NCBI GenBank assembly: GCA_046563655.1 | Contig: CM102290.1 | Span: 372,001-436,000, forward strand | Origin: Yuukianura sp. NJ FZ-2021 | Lineage: Eukaryota | DNA: 64,000 bases | Direction: 5' to 3' | In this document: positions 37,801 through 50,365 of the stretch, piece by piece | Position numbering within the stretch: the stretch's first letter is position 1 | Layout of the letters: each line of letters begins with the position of its first letter | The notes under the pieces: generated by a model | Database searches by the model: none | What the model was told of the DNA's origin: nothing | What the model saw: only the letters and a program-made list of their open reading frames with translations | Program-made: the position numbers and the translations under genes

Positions 37801-40800
37801 CATTCTGTGTCAAAATCGACATGCGCAGAGCCGAGGGCTCTTGAGTTCCAAAGTCATCTGCTGGAGTGGAGGTGCAGGACGATTATGTACGGAGAAGTGC
37901 GTACAGCCACATTCTGTACTGAACCGTATATGGACAGAAACACATAGAGGTCAAGCCATTATTTAATACCGATGTCGATTTCGGAAATTCCAGAACCGGT
38001 TCAAACCGGTACGGTTTCTTCCGGTCGTAAAAAGTCCTGAAACGATTCTGAAAGTTTAAGCTTTGCTGTTTCGTCTGCGGTTGACCAAATTTTCCCGGGA
38101 GGGAAGACGTGACTCTGTCTGCATGCAAATGACTGGACTTGTTCGTCCAGACACTTGCACCCTCCTTGACAGAAGTGCGCATGGACCTTGACTTGCCTTC
38201 CAAGTCCCCAGGGCCCTCCACGTGCAGACCTGGAACAAAATCTACTCCGGAAGTGGGCCCTTAAGTACCCCCCCCCCCAAATTCCCCGAATATTCAACCC
38301 CCCCCCCCCCTCCAAGCCAAGGGTCAACTTATTCTGTTGCAACGTTTTTTAATCCGCATCAGGTTGGTGGAAACATTTTTATGACAGATTAGACGGTTTA
38401 TGCTTTGAATTTAAAAAAGCTGGAGACGAGATTTTTCAAAAACAATTTGGAAAATTTTGTAGACAAAAAAAATTTGATGGCCATCAACATAATCATCTCT
38501 ATCGAAAAGTAATTCATGGCTGTTTGGAAAAGAATGTTGTTGACATTTTCCATTAAGCTGGATGTTGAAGTGCATCCTAAAGTGACGATTTCCCAGGATT
38601 TCCTGCTCGTCCAGTTTTTTTTTTCTATTTTTTTTTTGAAAGTTGTGTTATGGCATTATTCGTGAGTTGTTCCAAACATGAGTCCATGTTTCAATTCAAC
38701 TGATTCCGCCAAAAGATCATCATCTTCTTCTCTTGCTTCGGAATCAATGAAGAAACGCCTCACTCTCCTCGTTTTTAAAAAAAAACTCTCACTTTCAGTT
38801 TTTCAAAAAAAAAGATGCAGTTGAGGAGTCGATTCCTTGAGGCGGAAATTATAAAACTGGGAAACGAGTTTCCAGCGAGCCCATGTTCCCCACCATTTAT
38901 CATTCAATGGATCCATTTCCATTACTTTTATGGGGGGGTCTGAAGGGGGGGGGGTATTCCAGAAAAGTGGACTTGGTGGTTACACCGCCCACTTTTCCCT
39001 TTCTCAGACCAAATAACGTGCATGAAATGTTGCAATTTCAAAAAAAAAATGGATCTTTTGAAAAAATCAGAAATCAACATGAACGTTACTAATAACCATT
39101 ACACTCAAAATTATAATTCCGAAAGATACTTAAACACGAACTGTTGAAACATTTCACTTTTATTTCAGTTTTGATTTGTTTTGAAACGGTGTTAAAGTTT
39201 TGGTTTCAATTTTTTAGCACGTACGAAATTGTTCAACATCTTCAATGATTTCTTTCAACCGCTTTCTTCACTAAACACTAAACTTTTTTTTTTGAAAAGC
39301 AAAGGATGTAATAGTAGGGTAGAAAACAACAATACAAAAAAAAATCTCAAACATGATTTTTACCTTTTCCTTTTCTCAGCTTTCAGTTTTGATTTTGTAC
39401 AAAAAAGCATTTTTTTTTCTACTTCCTCTACCAATTTTAGGCCGGTCATAAAAAAAAGATGCGAACCAACTTTAAATTTTTTCAAACGTGGCTCTACCTC
39501 CATTCAAAAATTTTTTTTTACGTTTTTCTTTCGTCAGTTCAAAAATGAAGATTTCTGAAAGCTAAAATCATGAACTTGGAGTAAAGCTATGCACCACCAT
39601 TTTTTTAACATTTCAAAATTTTATGCTTATTGAAAAACTTAGAATTTAAAATTTTGTTTTGTAAAGTTTGAAAGCTTAGACTTTTTTTTAAACAATGCGA
39701 TACGTGTAACTCACTGCTTGAAAACTTGATTGATTCGGAAGTGAAGTTTAGGATTTTACAAAAGTTATGTAAAAAATTTTTTCAAAACTTTTTTAAACTT
39801 TTTCTATGATTTTTTTTTTGAAATGTGACAAGATGAGGTACAAAGTGGGCTGTATTATTTTCGTTCCTTTGACAGATCTGTTGGCAGAGAGTGTGGGTAT
39901 GTTTGGTGGGTTTGCCGGCGGGGAAATGTGGGTCAGTTGGTTGTGTTATGTGGAGAGACACTTCGTAGGGAGAAGGTGGCTTCACCTTAACAATTTCTGA
40001 CTCCGCCGGATGCATCTTCTTCTTGTTTTCAAAAGCTGTGCACAAGAGTCCAAGTCCAGTCTCCCTTCGTCCATGGTCTCCTAAGGGCCTCTTCACACTC
40101 TCAACTATTGTCAAATCAATAGTTCTAGAGTCCAACAAAAGTTCTGGAGCCAGCAAATCAAATAGTGGATTGACAGAAAATCCAACTTTTCAAAAAAAAA
40201 ATCTTTTTTGAATTGCTGCATTTAAAGCAAAAAATTGAAACAGAGTGTCTTAAACGCAAAGTGTTTGTTTCTGACTAGAATTGGATTCTTTTTGAGGCAA
40301 AATGGAACTCAAAATGGTAAAGTAAAATCTCAAAATCAATTTTAGATTAATTTTTTAATTTAGGTTCAAGTGAACTGTGAATTTGCATAAAAATTTGAAA
40401 CTTTTCAAATCGTCGCGGGAGAGTGACATTTTGTAAGGTGTGTTTGAGGGTGAATGGAGGCAAAAGTGAAAGGCGCACAAAAGTTATTTATGTATCATGA
40501 TTCGTCTTGATTTTTAAATTGATATGTAAAGTAACCTAAAGCTCAAAAACATGATTGAAATACTAAAAAGTATAATATAAAATAAAAACTAATTATTACC
40601 TAAAGCTAGGTTTACACTCATCTTTGTTAAGCCCGGTTCACACATTTGAAAATTTCAAAATTCTGAAATTCAAATGAACTTAATTTTAAATTTTTAGAGT
40701 TAAAGTTGCATCACACCGAAAGAAGTTTTCAGTCTCCCAAGAAGTTTTGATTAAAAAAAGAGAATTTTGAGCTAAAAGTGAAACCTGTTTTCCCAGTTTT

Positions 40801-42603
40801 TTTTTTGTTTTTAGTTTTGAATGAACGCAGGAAAGTAAAAGTTGCTGCCAAAATAATGACTCTGGCTTTTGACCATTTACTCTTACATCACCTTGTTAAA
40901 AACTAAGCTCCATGCAGTGCCCAAATTTATGCATACTGTGCACAGTTATAATTAGAGTTCAAAACAAAACGACTATTCACACACCATCAGTTTAACTTTA
41001 AATACAAAACAATTCAAACATTGAACATAAAAATTTACAAATTTGTCTTGTCATTTTTTATTAACTTTTCGCTCTCTTAAAATTCTTTTGTTCTCTGAAC
41101 TTTTAAAATAACGTTTAGCCTATTATTAATCTTTCAAAATTCACAATTCCTGTTCTCCAAATTTAAGCTCAAAATAACCCAAAATTTCTCTTTAAAAATT
41201 GAATTTATGACTTTTGGTTAGATTAAAACTTTTTTATGTAAATATTTTTTAAAGCCAAAAATTGTAGTGATTTGCTTAATTGGGCTTTCCTGGGCTTAAA
41301 ATCTTAATCCATTGATTGTTTCGCTACAGGGAGAAAGTCAAGTTGGTTTGAAGTAGTTAATTTCAGAACAGAGAGGGAAGGGGGGGGGGTTAAGACACCC
41401 CCCCCTATGTAAGCACACGGAAGTAGGGAAAGATGTTGTTTTTAGACGTGACTCAAAGTGTCATTCTCACCTGAGAACAGGTGAGATGAGTAATGATGAG
41501 AAATAATTAGATAATAATAATTTAGAGATGAGTTTGGGAGTTAGTGAGAAGGAGCACAACTCTAAACTTCATCACGACTTCTCAAGCTTAGCCTTTTTCT
41601 TTTTTGTTAAAGTAAACAATTTTAGCAATTTTTACTTTGAAAATTTACTCTAACCCCAATTTTAGCCTAAATTTACTCAGGTTTTTCATTAAAGTTTCAG
41701 AAAAAGTTTAACTAAAATTTTTCATTTTTTTAAGTTTCAAATTCTTTAAAGTGTAGTTTAATTTTTGGTATGTTTAGGCTAGTCATGTTTACTTTTTAAC
41801 TTATGTACATCACTTTTTAAGCATGAAATTGGAGCACTAAAGCTCAATTCCACTTTTGAGGTAATTGAAACACGCCGTTTAAAATTTTTTTTTCAACGTA
41901 TGCCCAAGTTGAGCTTCAAACATTTCGCACTTTGGTGTTTTCTGGCTCACGTTTTTGCTATTCTTGGATCTTCCATTGTCATTGTCAAGTGCAAACTCAT
42001 CTTCCTGACCAATCCAAAGTCAATTACACTTCAAAATTTTGATAAAATCATTTTTCAAAATTTCAATCCCGTAGAAAAATTGTTCCTCTTAACTTTTCTC
42101 ACCATCTCCGATTCAAATTGAACAATATCCATTTCTTCACCAAAAACCGACTTTTGCTAGCTTTGTATTCTTCACTTTTGAAATTTCGAATTCAATTCAA
42201 TCCGATTTTAGATAAAATTTTGACCAATGTGCAAAGTTACTATTTATGGTGAGATGTATTTTGAGTGTGCGCATGCGTCCGAGTGCGGATGTGACTGAAG
42301 TAGGTCATTTTGACGTTATTGGTGGATCAATGATACTTATGAGTGTTGGACTCTTGTAAAAAGTTATGGTGGTGGAGATGGGTTATTGTTGTCCAATCCA
42401 AATGGAATGATGATGGTCTCATTGTTGCAACAATTGGACTCCAACAATCGTTAATTGTTACTCATCACTTGTCATGTCACTGCTACAGCTTTAAACTGCA
42501 CATGCGCTTTCACCAAAGACAATCTTCCGCACATTCCCACACACTTGAGAACTCTCTGAGACTTGAAAATCAAAAAGTCCTTGAGACAAAAGGGCTAACA
42601 GAG

Positions 42604-42873
42604 CAAGGTTCCTTGACAACGAATGAATTTTCTTTAACAGGTTGAGTACTACCTCGCTTGTTGCCAAAAAAATGGGGGGAAGGGGGCAAACATTTTTACC
42701 AATTTTAGTAGCAATCCAAAAATTGGTACCAATTCATATGTAAAATTTAAAAAATTCGGCTGAATTGTTATTTCTACGGTACCATAAAATGGCACTTTTT
42801 TTTTGTTGCAAAATAGAAAAAAACATGAGGTATTAACCAACCTGTTAAAGAAAATCAAAGTCTACAAACCTTG
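42604..42873. mobile_element. CAAGG-ended MITE, hAT-like (subfamily 1)
   Basis: CAAGGTT...AACCTTG termini and a perfect TSD TAACAGAG (42596-42603 and 42874-42881). Confidence 0.88.
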
Positions 42874-44426
42874 TAACAGAGGGCCCTTAGTTTTTCATTC
42901 ACTTTTTACCTCTCTCCGTCCATTCAAAAAAAAAGCTCTTTTTAATGGAAACATTAAGAAGGAAAATGAGACATGCGCAGGACCGCCTGCAGCTATTTCT
43001 GCGCATTCTCACAAAGTGGTTCACCAGTCGAACAAACTAATGGACACAAAAAACATTATCTTCAATTGTCACTTGTAAAAAGAATGCGAGCCTTAATTAC
43101 TCCGTTTTTGAAATATGGCTACATTCCACAAGGCGGTAATTTCCAAAATGACGTTTTTAAAATTTCAAAATGGCAGTTTTTAAAGTTGGAAGTAAAAAAA
43201 ACTAATTTGGGCAACACGATTTTTACATAGTTTAAATTCAACTAGAGTTGGGGCGGAAAGTTCAAAAAAAAAGTTTTTAATTTTTACGATTAGAGGAGTT
43301 GTTTCAAGGTTAGTAAAAATGGACTTTTTTTTTAAATTTTTTTGAACTTTTGAAGCGGCAATTTTTGAATTTGGGGTTTAGTAGTAACTCGTGACTGTTA
43401 AGTTAGACTTTTCAATTGTTTGAAGACACATCTTTGTCATTTTCACCTGGTTTGAAAGGTGTGTTAATTAGCATGAGATTCGCCTCTCTTCTCCCCTCAT
43501 ACTTTTCCCACTTGACACATTTTCTCAGTGGTTTTTAGCAATTAACACTTTTTTCGGCAATTAAACTATCTCTTCCTCCACTCCTGAGCAGAGTTTTAAA
43601 AAATGATTCTCACGCATGCTCAGTAACCATTTAAACTGATTTTCAATTCAACTCCGGCGCAACTCTTTTCCACTCTTACTTTTCTAACAAATGGAAAAAG
43701 CGTAGCAAACTGACTTTTGAATTCTGTTTCTTAATAGTTGTGGGCCACACATTTAAAAAGAACTCTCTAAAAATTGCGTAATTTTGCAATTCAAAAGTGC
43801 TAAAACTTGAGCATGCCTGTTTCTGTTTTCTAAAAAAAACTTTTGTGCAATTTTTTTGAAGTGTGTATTTAATTCTGGTTTAGAAATTATTCAACAGGAG
43901 TCTGCGAAATGATCAACATTTTCATTTTGCATAGCACTTGTGCATGGTACGTGACCTGTTGAACAGAGGATCTTTTGGTTTCGTAAAACGTTCAAGTGTG
44001 AATTCATTTTTGAAATCAATTGTTCTCACGTTACCCCAATTCGAATAATGCTCAAAAAGGCACGATTTGAAAAAGTGTACCGAATTCAAAATTTGATGCC
44101 TATCATAACTAGTACTAAAGAACCAATTTGGGACTGATTGTTAGTTGGAGTTATGGTAGGTCGAAAGGTGACGTCAATCTTTAGACAGTCTATAATTAGT
44201 GTCTATAATCGTTAGTGCCTGTCATTTTTATAATAGAGGTCAACGACCTCGTTCCATTAATTGCAAATGTAAAGAACAAAACACTTTCACGTTAGGCACA
44301 AAATGGGAACTTAGTCATAAAGCGTCATAACGGAATTTGAATTTTGAAATTTTCGCTCTTTGTGAGGTAAAGGGCTCAAATAGGTTGAGATGAGAGACAA
44401 AGAATCACAGTGCAGAAAAATTAATT

Positions 44427-44495
44427 AACCGAGTGGGACTCGAACCCATAACTCTAAAATCCGGGAAAAGCTCTAACCATTGAGCTATCAGGCTC
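44427..44495 (-). mobile_element. tRNA-derived SINE-like head / tRNA pseudogene
   Basis: The minus strand reads GAGCCTGATAGCTCAATGGTTAGAGC...GGGTTCGAGTCCCACTCGG, with A and B boxes. It is similar to the 6353 copy. Confidence 0.6.
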
Positions 44496-44693
44496 AATAA
44501 TTCTAAAAATGATGTTGCACTGTCTTTCCATATACATCACCAGTGGTAAAAAAATGTTTGGAAATGGCGTAAATTGTGGTTTCACGCCATTACAGTGTAA
44601 AATGTAGCTAAAAGTTAATGTTGCTTGCTAATGTACTTAAATGCTAATGTATTCAAATGCTAATTTAATGTGTTTTTTCTTGTGTGTTTCCAG

Positions 44694-47600
44694 AGGTCAT
44701 TGGCCCTGATAGTCCTGGTTGTCATTCTAAGTCACTCGACAGAGTCCTTCTTCTTCAATCAGATTTTGCGTAGACAAAGTGGACCACCCCCACCCCCTCC
44801 AGCGTCACCCCCACCCGTCAGGGGGCGCGTCCTTGGGACACGCCCAGACGCACCAATAGGTGCGTCTTTCCAACTCATCCATCGTCCCACTGACACAAAT
44901 CAACTTACAGAAGGAGACAAGAACTTCCAAGTTCCGTCGTCTCTGTGTCTCGCCTGCGGCAACTTCCCGTGGACTCCAGTCACCGGCAAAGAAATTTCTG
45001 GAAGTGTGCAACCTGTTGCAGCAGGCTCTTCAACTGGAGGAATCCAACAGCCAATCGCAGGAGAGAAACCGGCAACACGGCCGAACACTTTTGTTTTTAA
45101 CAATCAAGAGTTTCCGGTACATCAGCATCTTCAAGTGACCAAGGAACCTGGCAACACTGTCGTCATAAACGCTCTACCGCCGGATGAAGATCCCCAGGGC
45201 TCCAGAAAACCGTTTTCGTTTGCTTTTGCATCGGCTGGCAACACTGTCACTAATGGCAACACTGTCAAAAGTGGCAACACTGTCACTAGTGGTAGCTCTA
45301 CCAGTCAAGGTCAACGATCTCCAGCTGATCAAGCTCCGCCCCCAAAATCATTCGGTGGACCAATCATGATTCCGTACGAACCGACGAAACAATCTTCGGC
45401 ACTCGGAGAAGTTCCTCGGCAACCTTCGGCAAGTTCGCTAACGCCGGGATACGCCAAACCCCCTCCACTACCTAAGCCACGCCCATCTCCAGGCCTCTAC
45501 GGCAGTAACACTCCGCCTCTAGCTACCGGACCGACCAATCAGTATCCCAAATCGGTTTTACCGCCAAATCACCCTCAAAATTTGGCGCCAATTACGGTCG
45601 GTACGATCTTGGCGGCACAACACTCCTCATCTTCTGGGTACCAAATTCAACCGGCCAATTTAGTATACCAAGAACACACGTCCAATTATCAACCGCATTA
45701 TTTCGTACCGTTGCCATCACGACCGGTTTCTGGACCTGCCCCGCAAGCATCCGCTCCACACAGTTTCAAAGTACCAATTCTGTCGAACAATGCTGGACCT
45801 TCTGGAACGGTACTGTTGAACCAAGTACCGCTCCATAGTGTTGCTGGCTACAATCCGAAATTTGCTCCTTCATTTGTCCCACCAGGAGTCTATGCTTTTC
45901 CAGTCCCACCACAACAGCAGCCACCAATCAGCTTCTTTCAACCGCAACCGATTCCGGCACAACCGCAATTGATTCCAGCACAACGGCAACCGAAACCGGG
46001 CTACTCCGGTCAACTTTTTGGAGCGTACGAGAGTAACCAGTTTAGAGTTCCGGAACAACAAGTACAGCATGGATCATCCCAAATTACTTTTGAAGAAGCT
46101 GAGCCGGTCAAAGGTGAACGACCTGAGTACGGAATTGACCAGGTCAAAGGCCAACGACCGGAATATGGAATTGACCAGGTCAAAGGTCAACAATCTCAGT
46201 ACGGAATTGACATTCGCACACCATTAGCACAACGGCCGATCCCCCCTGCCCGCCCCTACTCGCCCCCCAAAACCTCTCCTAGTTCCGCACCCTCTCCTCC
46301 CCCTCAAACAGAAAAAGACGCCCCCCAACAAGTATCTCCAACCTACATTCCTCCAAAGGTCACCGGAGGTCAACTGTACACAAGCTACACGGGGAATGAC
46401 CAGGTCCAAACAAATGACCTTGATGACCCCAAATCTCCCACAAGAGATGAAGGCCAAGGGACGCTGGACTTCATGCAGTCACAAAAAAGTCAAGTTGAAG
46501 TAGCTCCAGAACAAAAACCGACGCAAGATTATGCCGATACCGGTTCAAGTACCGTTTCTCAACGACACAAACCCATTACAATTCCGAATCTACTTAGAAT
46601 TCAACAAGCGTATCGCTTCTTGGACGAACCGCCGTCTTTTGAATCCGAACGGTACCGAAACCGGCTTGTAGGAACTCAGGCGGTACTTCGAGGAGAAGAG
46701 GTTGGGCAGGCTTCGATTGCAACGCAGACGCAGACAGAAGGAAAACGAAAGGAACCGGAACCGACGCCAACTACGACTTTGCCAACGACGCATGCGCCGC
46801 CAACTACTTTTCCAACAAAATTGACGACACAGGAATCCAAAGCCACTTTGTACGAAATTGACGACAAACGGCCGAATGAAGGAAAATACGAAGAGTACGA
46901 AGTCGTACCAGCGACACAATACGATATCACGCACCTTTTTCGAAACGGGGTCAAAGGTCACGAGGAAAAGCCGCCGCAGCAACAACAACAGCCGCAAATT
47001 AAATTCAAACCGGTACCTGTTCCGGTTCCAGTTTCGGAATCCGATGTTGCAAATTCCAAAGCTCCGCTGTTTGTCATCGACCCCTTATCGAGTAACAACC
47101 AGGAATCTTACGGATTTGACCGAAGTCAAGGTCAAGGTCAGCGGGGTCAAACTCAAGGTCAAAGCCAAAGCCAGTACAACATTCAATACAGTCCGCAGTC
47201 AAGTTACGAAGAAAAACAAAACCTGTATGCCAACTACAACCGACCATTGTTTTACGACCCACTGCCACCTTCAGTCGTTTCGGCCTTGCAACATGCTCAG
47301 ACCACTTCGCTCTTGACCCATCAACATCTAGGCTCCTCCCCTCCGCGCGAAAACACAATTTACGTCAACAGTGTCCCAGTCATAGATGACGAAGACGCAC
47401 CCCCTCCTCCGCACCACAAGCGCATCCTCAAGCCAATAGCCTTTGACCTCAACTCGGGCAAACAAATTCAGCTCCAGAGCAACACGGATCCAGCAGAACT
47501 GTTGTCACTCCAAACCGTTCTAGACGCTGATGCAGAAGAACAACGCAAAACCATGATAATTCCTAAATATACTCTGCAAGAAGCCGGGTCACGCCCCTTT

Positions 47601-49444
47601 TTGACCTCTGACCTCCCGACATCAGCACCCGACCAAAGTACCGTCAATTGTCAAAACAGTCCTCAGTGGACAGCACCGCCCAGGACGGAGTCTCCGTTAC
47701 CCCAGGATCCGATCGAATATCAAAGTCACGTGACGGGGTTTCAAAATCAGCTGACGGGGTTTCAAAGTCACGTGACGGGGATTCAAAGTCACGTGACGGG
47801 GATTCAAAATCAGGTGACGGGGTTTCCAAGTCACGTGACAGAATCAGCCGATATAAATGAGGAGGATTTGGGCCATAAGCAGTTTGTCGTTTATTATCCA
47901 TCACAGGGCGGTTCGTATTGGATCAACCAAGACGGTTTCATGGAACCTGCGACTGCGCCGGAGTCGTCCGACAAAGAATTGATTGTGGGACAAGAAGTTG
48001 AACTGCCGGTAACGACTACGACAACAAGTACGACAACTACGACACATGCACCGGTAGAATTCAAAGAAAGTTCTAGTTCCAAAACGTATCCTGCCAAACC
48101 GGTACTCAAGTGGTCAAAAATTGTTAAACCGAAAGTCAAAGTTGAACCAGTTCCAGAACCGGTCCCGTTTTCCGGAACAAAACAAAGTCGAATGGGCACA
48201 GAAGATCCGGTAACGGAACCGACACAACAAAAAATGTCGCAAGATTTCGACATTAATCCGAGATCAGAGCAGTTAGTTTTTGGTGAGTTTCAAAAGTATT
48301 TCGAAATTTTGAATTTTAAAAATGTTTTCAAAATGTAAAATTTTAATTTTTTTTTTAGATAAAGACGAATCAGGTGAAGAAACGAAAGATGTCGAATCAA
48401 CGCGAACTCCATACATTTCTACATCAAGAGATGGCGGTATCGTGTACGAAACCATTGCCACTGGACCAACAACAGGCGTAGAGTGTATAACAGAATCAAC
48501 AACAACAGAAACAACGGACAATTATGACTCTACAACACTAGCTACAACAACTTCAGCTACATCAAAACCATCAACAACAACAACATCAACGCAAACAGTC
48601 AAACGAACCTTTAGTCCTCGCATTACAGATGAAATCAAAAGAAATCGCGGAGGTTTTCACTTTTCGAAAAAAAAAATTGTTTAACTGTTACTTTACTAAA
48701 AATTTTGAATTCTAACCTGTGAATAATCTTTTTTTAATTTTTGTTTTAGGAAATCGATTTCCAACAGGAAGACCAACAGTATCAACAATTCGAAGGACAA
48801 CAGAAGATTCGGGTTCTGCCGTTTCGGCATCCGTCCTTGTACCGGTTTACCGACCACCACAACAAAGCCTTTCTTCAATTTTGGCACAAACGCTTAAAAG
48901 TTTCGAAACTTCCGACAGTACCGAACATTTTACCGGTTCATCGTCATCTACCGAAAGTTTGAATTCTGCCCAATCGTTTCCGACTGTTGAAGATGACGAA
49001 GCAGATGACCTTCAAGGTCAAAATATCTTAGAAGTTCCGACAGCAAGAAAAGTCGGTTCAACTGGACTGAGTGTCAACAGTTATACCGTTCAAAAAGCCG
49101 AAAACAAAACAACGACACCTCGAATTGTCTTTTCTTCTCAAATTATTCCGACGGTGGTTCCGACTGCCGGTGGATCGCTTCCAGGTCAGAGCACGAAGGT
49201 TGTAAAAACAGTTAGAGTGAGACAGCGCATGCGTCCGGCCTACTTTAGCAACTTGGCTCAGCAGCAGCGTCTGAGGATGTCAACAGGGTCATCTCGTGTG
49301 CGAGTCATGACGAGAGCTGGAGCTTCGGATTATGTTCGGAGTCATCCGGAATCGGCTCTTCCCGAAGGAGAAACACTCGGAGAGGAAGAGCAAAAAGAAG
49401 TTAAAGAAGCGCTGATTGATATCAAAAGAGTTTCAAATTCTTAG
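44694..49444 (+). CDS. Large secreted low-complexity Pro/Gln/Thr-rich (mucin/cuticle-matrix-like) protein, ~1,525 aa plus a short unlocated first exon; join(44694..48282,48359..48652,48750..49444)
   Basis: A 3.6-kb uninterrupted exon follows a ttttcttgtgtgtttccag acceptor and begins RSLALIVLVVILSHSTES (signal-peptide core). Phase-1 introns at 48283-48358 (gtgagt..ttttag) and 48653-48749 join three ORFs of the track; the second donor (GTTTTC) is weak. The protein has PTT/TTT tracts, PQ-rich segments and internal repeats, with no recognisable globular domain. Confidence 0.85.
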
Positions 49445-50365
49445 GTTTTTAAAAAGCAAAACAAAATTTTTGAGAAAAAAAAGTTTTTAACAAAATGATA
49501 ATGAATGGTTAACAAAAGTGAAAAAGGCTTTAGTATTTTTAAGTTTTTAGAAAATTAACTTTAGAAAAGTTAAAAATGAGTGGTCATAATAATTTATTTT
49601 AAGGAATTGACGTAGTTGCACTTTGACCTTTGACATGCAGCTTGTAAGGTCAAGGGAAAAAGGTTTGAAATTTTGAGAGGGGGTATTCTAAATACAAGTT
49701 TTTAAAAAAAGTGTTAAAAAGCCGATTTTTTCTTCTTTTTTTTTTCAATTTTTGTATCGTTTTGTTTTCTCTGTGTTTCGTCCCACCCATTTTCGTATCA
49801 GCCAAAAATAAATGCTAAAACTTCAAAAAAAGACAAACTCTTCATAAAACGTTGGCTTTTCGAATTCAATTCTGCAATTAAAAGCATCGCTAGATCCGTC
49901 CGTTTTTTCTCGTTTTCAAAAAAAAGACGGCATGAAAAATTTTTTTCTTCACAAAAAGTAACATTTGTTTGAGTGAATTTTTTTTTGAAAACAATTTTAC
50001 TTGTTCCTCTTCATGCAACTTTGAGATTTTTAATATTTATAAGTTTAATATCAGTCGAGGCATTTCTAAACTTTGGTTTTAAATTGAGCCATTTTCGAAA
50101 ACCTGAGGGAGGGTTTTATTTTTTGAAATTTTTTAAATTGCTGGAATTGATCAATGTAGAGAATGTAACTGCTGAGACTCATTTTTTGGAAGATTGTGAA
50201 ATCGAGCACGAAAACTTGAATTTGATGACTGGCGTCCTCTGGTGGAGCGACGAAACAAAAAAAGTTGGAGAAAGTCATTTCTCTTTGATTTTTGTTCTGT
50301 TCTTGTCTAAAAACGAAGTTTTTTGATCCCTGACTTTTGACACTTTTGTTTTTCTGTTAAATATT

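Noticed and set aside
37883..38342. Minus-strand ORFs of 112-113 aa as a small gene
   Set aside because: They have non-ATG starts, no recognisable motif and no convincing splice pattern.
11383..42858. Three similar short ORFs containing TIQPNFLNF.YE (11383, 26041, 42649)
   Set aside because: They are translations of the same non-coding MITE subfamily, not a peptide gene family.
44805..48521. Many antisense and alternate-frame ORFs over the large exon
   Set aside because: These are shadow ORFs of a GC-richer coding exon, with no motifs or splice support.
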